This document shows positions 15,817-24,127 of a stretch of 64,000 nucleotides of DNA, one piece after another. Location: the sequence record PP496438.1, one strand, 5' to 3'. The translations under genes and the position numbers were made by a program. A model generated the notes under the pieces. That model searched no databases. It had not been told where the DNA came from and worked only from the letters and a program-made list of their open reading frames with translations. The first letter of the stretch is position 1, and every line of letters starts with the position of its first letter.

Positions 15817-16905
15817 TCAGCGACGACTTGAACGCGAGGATCTTGTCGAAGTTTTCTCTTTGTCGCGGCTGGTACGGCTGCTGCGTTCCGACCGGCTCGA
15901 CGTTGATTTACCGGACTTCTCCGGCTTATCAGCTTTGACCTTGGTTTTCTCGCGGCGGGAAGTACGCTCTGGCTTCTCTTCACGGCTACTGCTACGCTTG
16001 CTGCCTCGCAGTGGACGATCAGATTCACGCTTGCGCTTGCTGCCCCGGTCGAGATCCTTACCGGCCTTCTCTTCCTCTTCCTCGACGTCCTCAGCATCAG
16101 GAGCCTTGGATTCCAAACTTGCCACTTCCTTTACAGCATCTGCGTAGGACATTGGCTGGTCGAGATTACCGAGGATGTCCCACTGCAGATACTTCTGCTC
16201 GGTACGGGACAGCGGAGTATGGCCTGTGCTGGAATCCAGCTGCACGTCATACATGTCCGACGCCGACTTCGCGTCTTTATCGTAGGACACCAGAATGTCA
16301 CGACCGAACTCGGGATCACCCAGCGGCATGATCTGCACGCCCTGCTTGGTTTTCACCTTGTTGGTGTCTTCCAGCTTCTTGATCTTGCCAGCGATACGGT
16401 CAGTAACCCGCATTACGCGAACCGGGGTCCACGAGGCGCTGTTGATGTTGTCCACGAAGCCGGTCTTCTTCTCGTTGGCCGAGTGCTCGGGGACACGCTT
16501 CGGCTCGCTGTCTTGCAGTTCCCGAACGATGACCGGCACGTAGTAGTACTTCTTGGTCTGCTTGGGATTGCTGATCTCAGCGAACGGGCAGTCGATGGTG
16601 GTGTCGAAGGTATCCGCATCCCGGTCGAAGTTCAACGGGGTATGCGAGATATCGAACTCACCCTTCGGCGTAACGATCTTGATCGAGTACACCACATCTG
16701 GAATCGGATCACCGACAATACGCACAGCGATGAAAGCACCACCTGGCGGGTATTCGATCATCTTCACTTTCTTGTTGAAGTACACCCGCTTGCCGCCGGT
16801 CTGGCCAGCATTGGTCGCACCGAAACCTTTACGAGCTGGGGCAGCACCAACGCTACCACCTCCGCCAGTACGGCTACGACCGGTTCTTGCACTGTCACGT
16901 GCCAT
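15817..16905 (-). CDS. T4 gp32-like single-stranded DNA-binding protein with basic low-complexity tails
   Basis: DCPF, YYYVPVIVR and LGDPEFGRDILV resemble gp32-family motifs; located beside the recombinase. Confidence 0.6.
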   Translation of the reverse strand: MARDSARTGRSRTGGGGSVGAAPARKGFGATNAGQTGGKRVYFNKKVKMIEYPPGGAFIAVRIVGDPIPDVVYSIKIVTPKGEFDISHTPLNFDRDADTFDTTIDCPFAEISNPKQTKKYYYVPVIVRELQDSEPKRVPEHSANEKKTGFVDNINSASWTPVRVMRVTDRIAGKIKKLEDTNKVKTKQGVQIMPLGDPEFGRDILVSYDKDAKSASDMYDVQLDSSTGHTPLSRTEQKYLQWDILGNLDQPMSYADAVKEVASLESKAPDAEDVEEEEEKAGKDLDRGSKRKRESDRPLRGSKRSSSREEKPERTSRREKTKVKADKPEKSGKSTSSRSERSSRTSRDKEKTSTRSSRSSRR

Positions 16906-16964
16906 GGTACATCCTCTTTCGGTTAGCTTACATCCCGTATTTACAGGATCTGATTTGGGGTGGA

Positions 16965-17474
16965 TTATTTAGGATCTGAAACTGGCTGCATGTCCATTAA
17001 TTTACCGGACACCAGCACGAACATCTCCAGAAAAGCGCGGGTAACCACGTTCTTCTTACGCTGGGACTCTTGAATCCGCAGCATGGAGTTGAAGGTGGCC
17101 AGCCGCAACGATGCCGAGGCGCTAAGCGCTGCATCGAAATACTCGGTCAGAGCCATTCCTTCCAGAACCTTGAAAGGAACCCCGGTAGTCTTCCAATCAA
17201 CGGGTAGGACCACGGAGTCTGCGTCGCCGTTATAATTAGGCCACCCCGGCTTGCCCAGGCTTGGAACGTATACCGAATCCTTATCCAGACCGGACTTACC
17301 AATCTCGGATAGCACGCGGTCCACCTGCATGTCGAACCACGCCCGTAGCGTAGAATCCATGGCCTCGAACTGGGCAAGACTCATAGTGGACAGGATCACC
17401 GGGGTCAGTACTGTCTCGTTCGTGAACACCGGCAGTTCTTTATCGAACGGTGAGCTCTCGTCGTTACTGAGCAT
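16965..17474 (-). CDS. Hypothetical protein (169 aa) in the recombination/replication cluster
   Basis: ORF overlapping the upstream gene; no motif recognised. Confidence 0.6.
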   Translation of the reverse strand: MLSNDESSPFDKELPVFTNETVLTPVILSTMSLAQFEAMDSTLRAWFDMQVDRVLSEIGKSGLDKDSVYVPSLGKPGWPNYNGDADSVVLPVDWKTTGVPFKVLEGMALTEYFDAALSASASLRLATFNSMLRIQESQRKKNVVTRAFLEMFVLVSGKLMDMQPVSDPK

Positions 17475-18009
17475 CGTTGTTACCTTTGGCGACGTGCATC
17501 AGGTGTTGATCCCAGTTCTCCATGGTGGGGGAGCTCTCATCCTGAGCCATGCTCGAATAATCTACGAGCTGCTTTTTGCCTACCCAGTCCTTGAAGGCTT
17601 CTACCGCAGGCGATGCATCGTGACGGGCGCTGAGAGTGATAACTTCATCACGGGTGGTCAGGAAGCCGAGGAAGTCCATGATTGCCATCTGCACCAGCTC
17701 GGTATTGATACGAGACTGATCCGGGTGCGGCTGGTAGTTCTGGCTGAACTGGGTCTTACCAATGACATCGAGCCGACGCTGACCATGCTCATCCAGCTCT
17801 TTCTGCAAGCGGACCAGTCCGTCCAGTCCTGCATAACCTGGGTGTTCAGCGGCTTGTGCAGCGGAATCAATCGCGGTCTTGACGGCTGCATGTTGATCTG
17901 GAGTCAGTTCCTCCACTTTGGCGTATGCGACGCCTGTGGTGTTCAGCTGCTTGATCTGATCTTCGGTCAGTTGCGCGCCCATGGAGGGGTAGTCTTTCTT
18001 GTCAGTCAT
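17464..18009 (-). CDS. Hypothetical protein
   Basis: Probable start ATG18009 (SD GAGG) within track ORF 17464..18063. Confidence 0.6.
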   Translation of the reverse strand: MTDKKDYPSMGAQLTEDQIKQLNTTGVAYAKVEELTPDQHAAVKTAIDSAAQAAEHPGYAGLDGLVRLQKELDEHGQRRLDVIGKTQFSQNYQPHPDQSRINTELVQMAIMDFLGFLTTRDEVITLSARHDASPAVEAFKDWVGKKQLVDYSSMAQDESSPTMENWDQHLMHVAKGNNDAQ

Positions 18010-18080
18010 TTCAGATGCCTCATTAGGGTAGGAACACCAGATGTCGTACAGTGGTGTGTGCATTGGGGTAGGGCCTTATG

Positions 18081-19040
18081 TCAGTCCAAGTTGAATGCTG
18101 ACCTAGCATAACCAACTGGGTCTGCGTATACGCATAGTTGGTAGATGCGGTCCGTACTGTTCTGCTCCACGATAGCTTCCTCGTAAGACGGAACCGAGAC
18201 CTCTTCCACCGAAGGATCGTCCATTCCCGTATACAGATTGGTTTGGCCCTCACCTTCTACCGCTTCCACACTCGGGACGTAATACGCCAGCCCCAGATAG
18301 TGGTTGAACTCGTTACTGGTCTTCGCATCCTTCACCCAAAACTCAAGGTAGGATGTGAACGTACCCTTGCTGACCTTGTACTTGTTGATCGCCCGCAGGG
18401 TGGCCAGCATGTAATTCTGGGCCATGTCATTGATGTCCACCTTGATCTTGGACATCGTGACTTCCTTGCGCACCTTGGAGAACAACCACCGGCTGTACTT
18501 CTTAGCGATCAGCTTGCGCAACTCATTGGCCAGACCATACCACATGATCACCTGACGCCGGGCTGACCATAGATCACGGTGACCGGTATAGCGAACGCTG
18601 GCTTCGATCTCCGACTTGCTCCGTACCAGCGTGTGATAGTTCGCCTTGGTAGCGGACGCCAACTCAAGGCACACACCGTCGTAGCCTTCCGTTCGTTCAA
18701 GGAAAGCCTCGATGATGGCATGGTACATGGTTCTTTCCAGTTGCATATCGAAGAACAGGGTCAGCTTTTCCTGTGGATCTTTAACCGACAGGAACCCGGC
18801 CATCAGAGATACAACATCACCCCGTGAGAAGGAGGATAGCTTGCGGCGCTTGTTCATCATCTGCCACGACATGGTAGTGGACACCACCTCATCGGCGATC
18901 AGCGTTGTTTGGAAGATGACCAGTAATGCCCGGCCAATGAGATCATCAAGTAGGCCAAACATCTGTGCACTGGTCAGGGTGAGGTCGTATGGATTATTCT
19001 GCTTCATCCACGACATCACATCTTGATGGTGACCGGCCAT
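18081..19040 (-). CDS. Phage sigma70-family sigma factor (region 2; no region 4 evident)
   Basis: DINDMAQNYMLATLRAINKYKVSKGTFTSYLEFWVKDA aligns with sigma70 region 2.2-2.4 (DLIQEG..GL..AV.KF....G..FSTYA.WWI). Confidence 0.75.
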   Translation of the reverse strand: MAGHHQDVMSWMKQNNPYDLTLTSAQMFGLLDDLIGRALLVIFQTTLIADEVVSTTMSWQMMNKRRKLSSFSRGDVVSLMAGFLSVKDPQEKLTLFFDMQLERTMYHAIIEAFLERTEGYDGVCLELASATKANYHTLVRSKSEIEASVRYTGHRDLWSARRQVIMWYGLANELRKLIAKKYSRWLFSKVRKEVTMSKIKVDINDMAQNYMLATLRAINKYKVSKGTFTSYLEFWVKDAKTSNEFNHYLGLAYYVPSVEAVEGEGQTNLYTGMDDPSVEEVSVPSYEEAIVEQNSTDRIYQLCVYADPVGYARSAFNLD

Positions 19041-19049
19041 GACCTACTC

Positions 19050-19211
19050 CTAGTTGAGCGCTTTGAGTGATTTCTTCTTCTGGAAGTCATCCCACATCAC
19101 GTCGTACTCTTCACGGGTGATACCCGGCTTGGCAATCTTGGCGATGTCCCAGAATTCTTCCTTAGTCATCAAAGACAGTTTTTCTGCGTCCTCTCCCGGT
19201 AACTTTTCCAT
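19050..19211 (-). CDS. Small hypothetical protein (53 aa)
   Basis: ATG19211 lies 2 nt after the upstream stop. Confidence 0.55.
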   Translation of the reverse strand: MEKLPGEDAEKLSLMTKEEFWDIAKIAKPGITREEYDVMWDDFQKKKSLKALN

Positions 19212-19213
19212 GA

Positions 19214-19666
19214 TCAGTATCCTTTGGCCTTGATAGCCATAAGTAGGCGCAAGACGTGCTTGCATACCAGTGGAACCATCGAGGCGTTCTTGACGATGGG
19301 CTTCTCACCGTTGGAGTACACGATGTCGGCGGCACCTACACGGTACAGCGCCACTTCCCACGTGAAGCAATGGTCTTCGCAGTCACACTCCACCTTGATA
19401 CCCGCAGCACGGCTCACCTTGGAGGCACGATCCAGCGCGGTGATCTTCACGCGGCGCTTCTGCGGGTTGGTGTTGATCCGGGTGCGCCGACTCTTAGCCG
19501 TGCACTCGACGACGAGGTTGCCTTCCTTGTCAACGGAACGCTTTGGGGAATACAGGCGAACATCACGGCTGCGCTCATACGTGTAAGGCATGTAGCGCAC
19601 GGTTTCGTTGATCAGCTTCTTGAGGGGCAATCCCTTCTTACTTTTTTGCTTTACTACGCTCGCCAT
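19214..19666 (-). CDS. SWIM-type zinc-finger protein
   Basis: ECDCEDH ... VCKHV (CxC-xn-CxH); basic N-terminus; probable start ATG19666. Confidence 0.7.
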   Translation of the reverse strand: MASVVKQKSKKGLPLKKLINETVRYMPYTYERSRDVRLYSPKRSVDKEGNLVVECTAKSRRTRINTNPQKRRVKITALDRASKVSRAAGIKVECDCEDHCFTWEVALYRVGAADIVYSNGEKPIVKNASMVPLVCKHVLRLLMAIKAKGY

Positions 19667-21239
19667 CGCTCTGCTTCCGTCTCTTAGCAACCCGATCCCG
19701 CGCTTCCTTGGAAGCCTTCGAGCCACGTTTGGTTGAAGTACTGGATGCCTTGGTATGACCCTTCGGTGCCCCGGTCTTGGACTTCACGCCGTGCTTGACC
19801 TTGGCTACCGTGTCGGACTCGTAACGCTCCAGAATGCTGGTGATACGGTCACGTGCGTCTTCCTCGGTCATCTCCGGAACAGGATCCCCGTTCTCGTCCA
19901 GCACCTGTGTTTCAGGAACTGCGCCGAACAACGACGAGGTCTTGCCGGGGCCAGTGGTCGGCAGCGAGTTCAGGAAGAAGGAATACTTGTTCCGAGTCGC
20001 GTCGTAACCTACGTCCACTACGCTGTCGATCAGATCGTACAGCTTCATCGACTCACCCTTGCCACCGCGAGTCTTCAAGTGACCGTTTACCACCTCACGC
20101 ACTTCCTTGTCGGTAGAGTTCATGATGATCTCAGTCATCGATGTCACAATCCGATTGTAGGTGTACATGTTGTGGTAGGCCAGCAGGAAGGTGGACACGT
20201 TGCCGCCAATCACGCTGAGAACGTCGGTGTACTTGATCGCGGTGCACACTGGGCAGTTGCACGGCAGATGGTTGAACGGGCTCGGGCTGTTCACCTTGTC
20301 GAACATCTTGAAGAAGCCCGGCGGAGTGCTGATGTGCTCTTGGAAGTAGTAGCCCTTGGATACCGATTCCTGCAACCACGTAGAGGCGTCACTAGTGATC
20401 AGCGGGGCCAAACCTTTCTTCGCCATGTAGATCAGCGGATATACCAGCGAGAGCTTGGCGACACCGAGCATGTGGTACTGCTCGTATTTGCGACCGGTAA
20501 CCATCTGCTGGATGATCTTGGCGATGGCAGTCATCTGGGTATCGTAATACGTGCCACCCATGGCCAGACGAGTTATGTCGTCACGCTCTACCAGTTCACG
20601 GTAGCGGCTTACTTCTTCCTGCGTGTTACCGTGGAAGATGTTCATCAGCTCCAAACTGGGACGCTTGTTCTGCATCATCAGTTCGGTGTTTGCAGCCTGC
20701 ACTCGACCCAAGCGCTGATACAACTCTGGATCGTTGAAGTGCATCGGGATATCGAGCACGATACCGATGTCTGCATTGTTGTTGTACCACTGGATGATCT
20801 CCATCGGGTCTAGGTAGTCGAGACGACCCATACCGAGCTGGAAACCTCCGGAGTCCGCGACGATGTGTCGAGACTTGTCAGCGAATGCAGTCACGTCACC
20901 TTTACGAGTGTTGTGAGAGATACTGTCTTTGTTGATGTGCTGGGTGTAGTTGACCATGTACTGGCTGACGCCCATGTCTCGCGCCGTCAGATCGTCAAAC
21001 GCACTCATGTGATACATCTCGTCGAACGACCCATCTGCCCAGCGCGTGGACACAGCATGGTGGGTATTGGACACGATGAACAGGTCACGGTCGGGACACT
21101 TGAGGAAGATATGGTTGCCACCGATTTCCACTAAGTCGATCTTGTTGGGGTTCTTGGCGTAACGGACGTATACCGAAATGCCTCCATGCGCGGGGTAGAA
21201 CACTCCAGCAGGCACCAGTTTGAATTGACCAGGCGTCAC
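19638..21239 (-). CDS. dpdA: TGT-family transglycosylase, probably DpdA (7-deazaguanine insertion into DNA)
   Basis: DSGGFQ, VLDIP, LAMGG, HMLG, DASTW (nucleophile position) and Zn site CNCPVC...H; GTG start with AGGAG 8 nt upstream. tRNA versus DNA substrate cannot be read from motifs alone. Confidence 0.7.
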   Translation of the reverse strand: MTPGQFKLVPAGVFYPAHGGISVYVRYAKNPNKIDLVEIGGNHIFLKCPDRDLFIVSNTHHAVSTRWADGSFDEMYHMSAFDDLTARDMGVSQYMVNYTQHINKDSISHNTRKGDVTAFADKSRHIVADSGGFQLGMGRLDYLDPMEIIQWYNNNADIGIVLDIPMHFNDPELYQRLGRVQAANTELMMQNKRPSLELMNIFHGNTQEEVSRYRELVERDDITRLAMGGTYYDTQMTAIAKIIQQMVTGRKYEQYHMLGVAKLSLVYPLIYMAKKGLAPLITSDASTWLQESVSKGYYFQEHISTPPGFFKMFDKVNSPSPFNHLPCNCPVCTAIKYTDVLSVIGGNVSTFLLAYHNMYTYNRIVTSMTEIIMNSTDKEVREVVNGHLKTRGGKGESMKLYDLIDSVVDVGYDATRNKYSFFLNSLPTTGPGKTSSLFGAVPETQVLDENGDPVPEMTEEDARDRITSILERYESDTVAKVKHGVKSKTGAPKGHTKASSTSTKRGSKASKEARDRVAKRRKQSDGERSKAKK

Positions 21240-21263
21240 TGCGCGTACTCCTATGTAAGGGTT

Positions 21264-21298
21264 AAAAACCCGCGTCCCAGTTTCCCAGAACGCGGGTT
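21264..21298 (-). terminator. Intrinsic terminator
   Basis: Stem AACCCGCGT/ACGCGGGTT with UUUUU on the - strand. Confidence 0.7.
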
Positions 21299-21332
21299 GG
21301 TTACACGCTATTTACAGGCGTGTTGGCCCTAC

Positions 21333-21911
21333 TTACTTCGAGTCGGCAGCTTTGTTTCCTTTCTTGGCTTCCTTTTCCGCAGCCTCGGAATCGGCTTTGG
21401 TGAAGATCGCTTGGATCAGGTGTGCAGCGGCACGTGGGTTGTGCGAGTTGCGCTCCAGAATCGTGCGGATCTCTTGCAGGCTGGCACCGGCGCCCGACTT
21501 GCCGGAAGTGGACTTCGCGCCTTCGTCGTGAGCATTGATCTCGACGGCGTGGAGTTCGTCTTTGGTCAGCAGTGTCAGGCCGTTGGCTTGCACGTAGCGG
21601 TCTACGACCAGCTTCGTGTCGGACTCAGACAGGTCCTCCGGGTCGAACGACTTGAGCATGGGGTCAGTACTGACTTGACCTTCCACGTCGGAACCGATCA
21701 CGTTGGTGGCTTTGGCCAGGTCTTCCGGGGTGGCTTTGTCTTTCGCAGCCGCTTGACCTGCACCGCCGGTATCGATCGCGCTCGCATCGGAAGAAGTGGA
21801 AGGAGTGGGCTTGGCCGAGGTTTCAGACTTGGCAGCAGTTTCCTTCGCTTCGGTGGTCGCTTTGGTTTTGGTCTTTTCTTCGGCAGCAGGTTTCGAGGAT
21901 TTAGCAGTCAT
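21333..21911 (-). CDS. Hypothetical protein with Ala/Lys/Thr-rich disordered N-terminus
   Basis: Probable start ATG21911 (AGGAG upstream); strong coding-like codon bias. Confidence 0.7.
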   Translation of the reverse strand: MTAKSSKPAAEEKTKTKATTEAKETAAKSETSAKPTPSTSSDASAIDTGGAGQAAAKDKATPEDLAKATNVIGSDVEGQVSTDPMLKSFDPEDLSESDTKLVVDRYVQANGLTLLTKDELHAVEINAHDEGAKSTSGKSGAGASLQEIRTILERNSHNPRAAAHLIQAIFTKADSEAAEKEAKKGNKAADSK

Positions 21912-21992
21912 GGTGAATCTCCTAACATTGGAATTACCACCCAAGAGGCCTCTCGGTGTGGGATGTTACAGTGCAGCACTTGCGGTAGACGG

Positions 21993-23090
21993 TTACTCCG
22001 GGTTCCGGTCGAAGCCTTTGCCGCGCATGGCGGTGAAGCTCTTCTCAACCAGCCGGTGGATCGATTTCGGCAGCTTCTCACCCATGGCGTACCAGCGCAC
22101 GGCTTCACAGAAGAATTCCGATGGGTTCTTCTGGCTGTACTCACCGATAGGTGATTCCATGATGTTGACCGGCAGGTCAGTGGTCGGCCACACGGCGTCG
22201 GGCACCAGATTGCCGGACAGGAGGATGTTCAGCTTCTCCTCATCCAGATAGTGGTTCTCGCCGACGTACGTGATGATCGCTGCCAGAGCCGCTTCATCTT
22301 TCTCGTTCATGCTGGCGTAGGCCAGTTCGGTGTTGCCCTTCTTGATCAGCGTACGCACGATCCGATCCAGCTGCTTCTTCGACGCCGTATCTTCTATTAC
22401 GTACTTGTGGTACTCGCTGATCCAGAGTGCCTGAATGGAATCAGGCATCAGTCGGCTCATCAGTCCGTGGGCGAACTCATGCGCAACCAGATGCTGCACG
22501 TAGTTGACGTTCTGAGCTTCCTTCGGTCGCAGGCGAACACGGTCCATTGGCTCTTTCGCCATGTTCACCGTGGTGTAGTCGCCGTCGTACTTACCTTTCG
22601 GTTCATGCAGCTCGATGCGCAGTGGGAAGATAGCGTCCAGTCCCCAGCCTTTGTACTGCTCGTACACCTTGTCCAGCCCGGTCATCAAACCTTTGAAGCT
22701 GGCTTCGTCCAGATCGGGGATGTAGCTGAACACCGGACCGTAAGGCTTGTCGTCGAAGCTGTCATGGCGCAGCAAAATGGTGCAACCGTAGACGCTGCCC
22801 GGCTCGGGGCGTGGGCCAAGGTTGAGGATGACTTGAGCGTGCGGGACACGGGTGAGCATCTCGTCGTCCAGCTCGTAGTCTTCCGACTTGTTCAACGCAC
22901 CCAAGTCGGCGCCGGTGACTTCGGAACCTTTAAGGCTGTACACACGCAAGGCCAGCTTGCGGTATTTAGTTTCGCCGCCGTCATCATCATTCTTGGCCGA
23001 CTTGCTGATCTTGACGATCACGATATCCCCGGCGTTGACCGGGACCAACGGCACCTCTGGAGCTGCCTTATTACGGTCTTTCTTTTTCAT
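21993..23090 (-). CDS. Zincin metallopeptidase-like protein
   Basis: LVAHEFAHGL (HExxH) and a distal YSQKNPSEFFCEA third-ligand motif as in lethal-factor-like zincins. Confidence 0.7.
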   Translation of the reverse strand: MKKKDRNKAAPEVPLVPVNAGDIVIVKISKSAKNDDDGGETKYRKLALRVYSLKGSEVTGADLGALNKSEDYELDDEMLTRVPHAQVILNLGPRPEPGSVYGCTILLRHDSFDDKPYGPVFSYIPDLDEASFKGLMTGLDKVYEQYKGWGLDAIFPLRIELHEPKGKYDGDYTTVNMAKEPMDRVRLRPKEAQNVNYVQHLVAHEFAHGLMSRLMPDSIQALWISEYHKYVIEDTASKKQLDRIVRTLIKKGNTELAYASMNEKDEAALAAIITYVGENHYLDEEKLNILLSGNLVPDAVWPTTDLPVNIMESPIGEYSQKNPSEFFCEAVRWYAMGEKLPKSIHRLVEKSFTAMRGKGFDRNPE

Positions 23091-23109
23091 CGGTAGGGTC
23101 TCTTGCGGA

Positions 23110-23397
23110 TTAAAGGTTGGCAGCGAGTAGTTCGCAGAACTGCTGCACAGTTAAGTACTGGGCCTCGGACTGCTTGACCAGTTCACTGACCAACTTATCT
23201 GGAACGTCACAAGCAATGCCTTCGTAGTCCTCCAATGCCATGGCAAACTCTACCCAGTCCAGCGAGTCAAGGCCCATATCGATAACCAGTGTGTCTGGCT
23301 GGGCCATGTAAGGAGCGGTGTTAACGTTCAACCTCGGTGTGGGCAGCGCGTGCAGACATTGGATGACAGCAGATGTTACAACATTGATGTGAAGCAT
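23110..23397 (-). CDS. Acyl carrier protein (phosphopantetheine attachment site Ser45)
   Basis: DMGLDSLDWVEFAMALEDYEG versus E. coli AcpP [20 protein letters not shown]; acidic, 95 aa; C-terminal LTVQQ matches the ACP helix-4 start. Confidence 0.8.
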   Translation of the reverse strand: MLHINVVTSAVIQCLHALPTPRLNVNTAPYMAQPDTLVIDMGLDSLDWVEFAMALEDYEGIACDVPDKLVSELVKQSEAQYLTVQQFCELLAANL

Positions 23398-23420
23398 GTA
23401 TCTTACCTATGACGAATACG

Positions 23421-23451
23421 AACAAACCCGCCAGACAGTAGCCTAGCGGGT
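23421..23451 (-). terminator. Possible intrinsic terminator upstream of the ACP gene
   Basis: ACCCGCTAG/CTGGCGGGT stem followed by TTGTT on the - strand. Confidence 0.5.
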
Positions 23452-23459
23452 GCTGGGGT

Positions 23460-24080
23460 TTAGTTTACCGCGACTTCAACCTCGGGTGCTTCCGGGATCG
23501 CATTGTCTCGGATACGGGCCGCCCAAGGCTTGTCAGCGAACGTGCCCCGTTTAAGGTGAAGGTGCGGCAGGATCGGATCAGGGATTGCCTGATTGGGCAG
23601 CAGCGTCGTCTCGATGCGCTTTCCATTACGCTTGCGGGCGCCCAGCTGAAAGATGTACGTTGGGACTCGACTGCCCGCCACCACCTTCGGGAACCTGCTA
23701 TTCAGGGTAAGCTGATGTTCTACGTCTTTTGCTTGATGCAGGAACACTACACCGACCAGGTTGGGATTCGCCAAGATGACGACATCCCGTTTGACCCCGG
23801 CCAGCTTGTTGTACTCTTTACCGTCAGCCCGATACGCAATCTCACACGGCTCGGACATATCGCCCCACGGCATCTCCACGCCGACCGGATCGTTCCCCAA
23901 CTCATCCAGACAGTATGAAGCGGCATGGGTTTCAGCACCTCGGCAGCGGCTGTTAATGATCGCCACCTCCTTCGGGTCGAGTCCCATGTGCTGAATCACA
24001 GAATTCAAGCATGCAACCATCAAAGGATAGGTCGTGAAACCATAATCCCCGATCACGGCAATCAGCTTCTTATCGGACAT
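23460..24080 (-). CDS. SLOG-superfamily (YspA/DUF2493-like) nucleotide-binding protein, divergent
   Basis: IAVIGDYGF..YPLM, IINSRCRGAETHA (cf. GGARGAD), EMPW, YNKLAGVKRD (cf. YN..AG..RN). Confidence 0.65.
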   Translation of the reverse strand: MSDKKLIAVIGDYGFTTYPLMVACLNSVIQHMGLDPKEVAIINSRCRGAETHAASYCLDELGNDPVGVEMPWGDMSEPCEIAYRADGKEYNKLAGVKRDVVILANPNLVGVVFLHQAKDVEHQLTLNSRFPKVVAGSRVPTYIFQLGARKRNGKRIETTLLPNQAIPDPILPHLHLKRGTFADKPWAARIRDNAIPEAPEVEVAVN

Positions 24081-24127
24081 GGTAGTGCTCCTACAGGTAG
24101 ACTTATGGGTAGTGTTGACCCATTGAA

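Noticed and set aside
16965-17474. UvsY-like recombination mediator
   Set aside because: Size and position fit, but I see no sequence similarity to UvsY.
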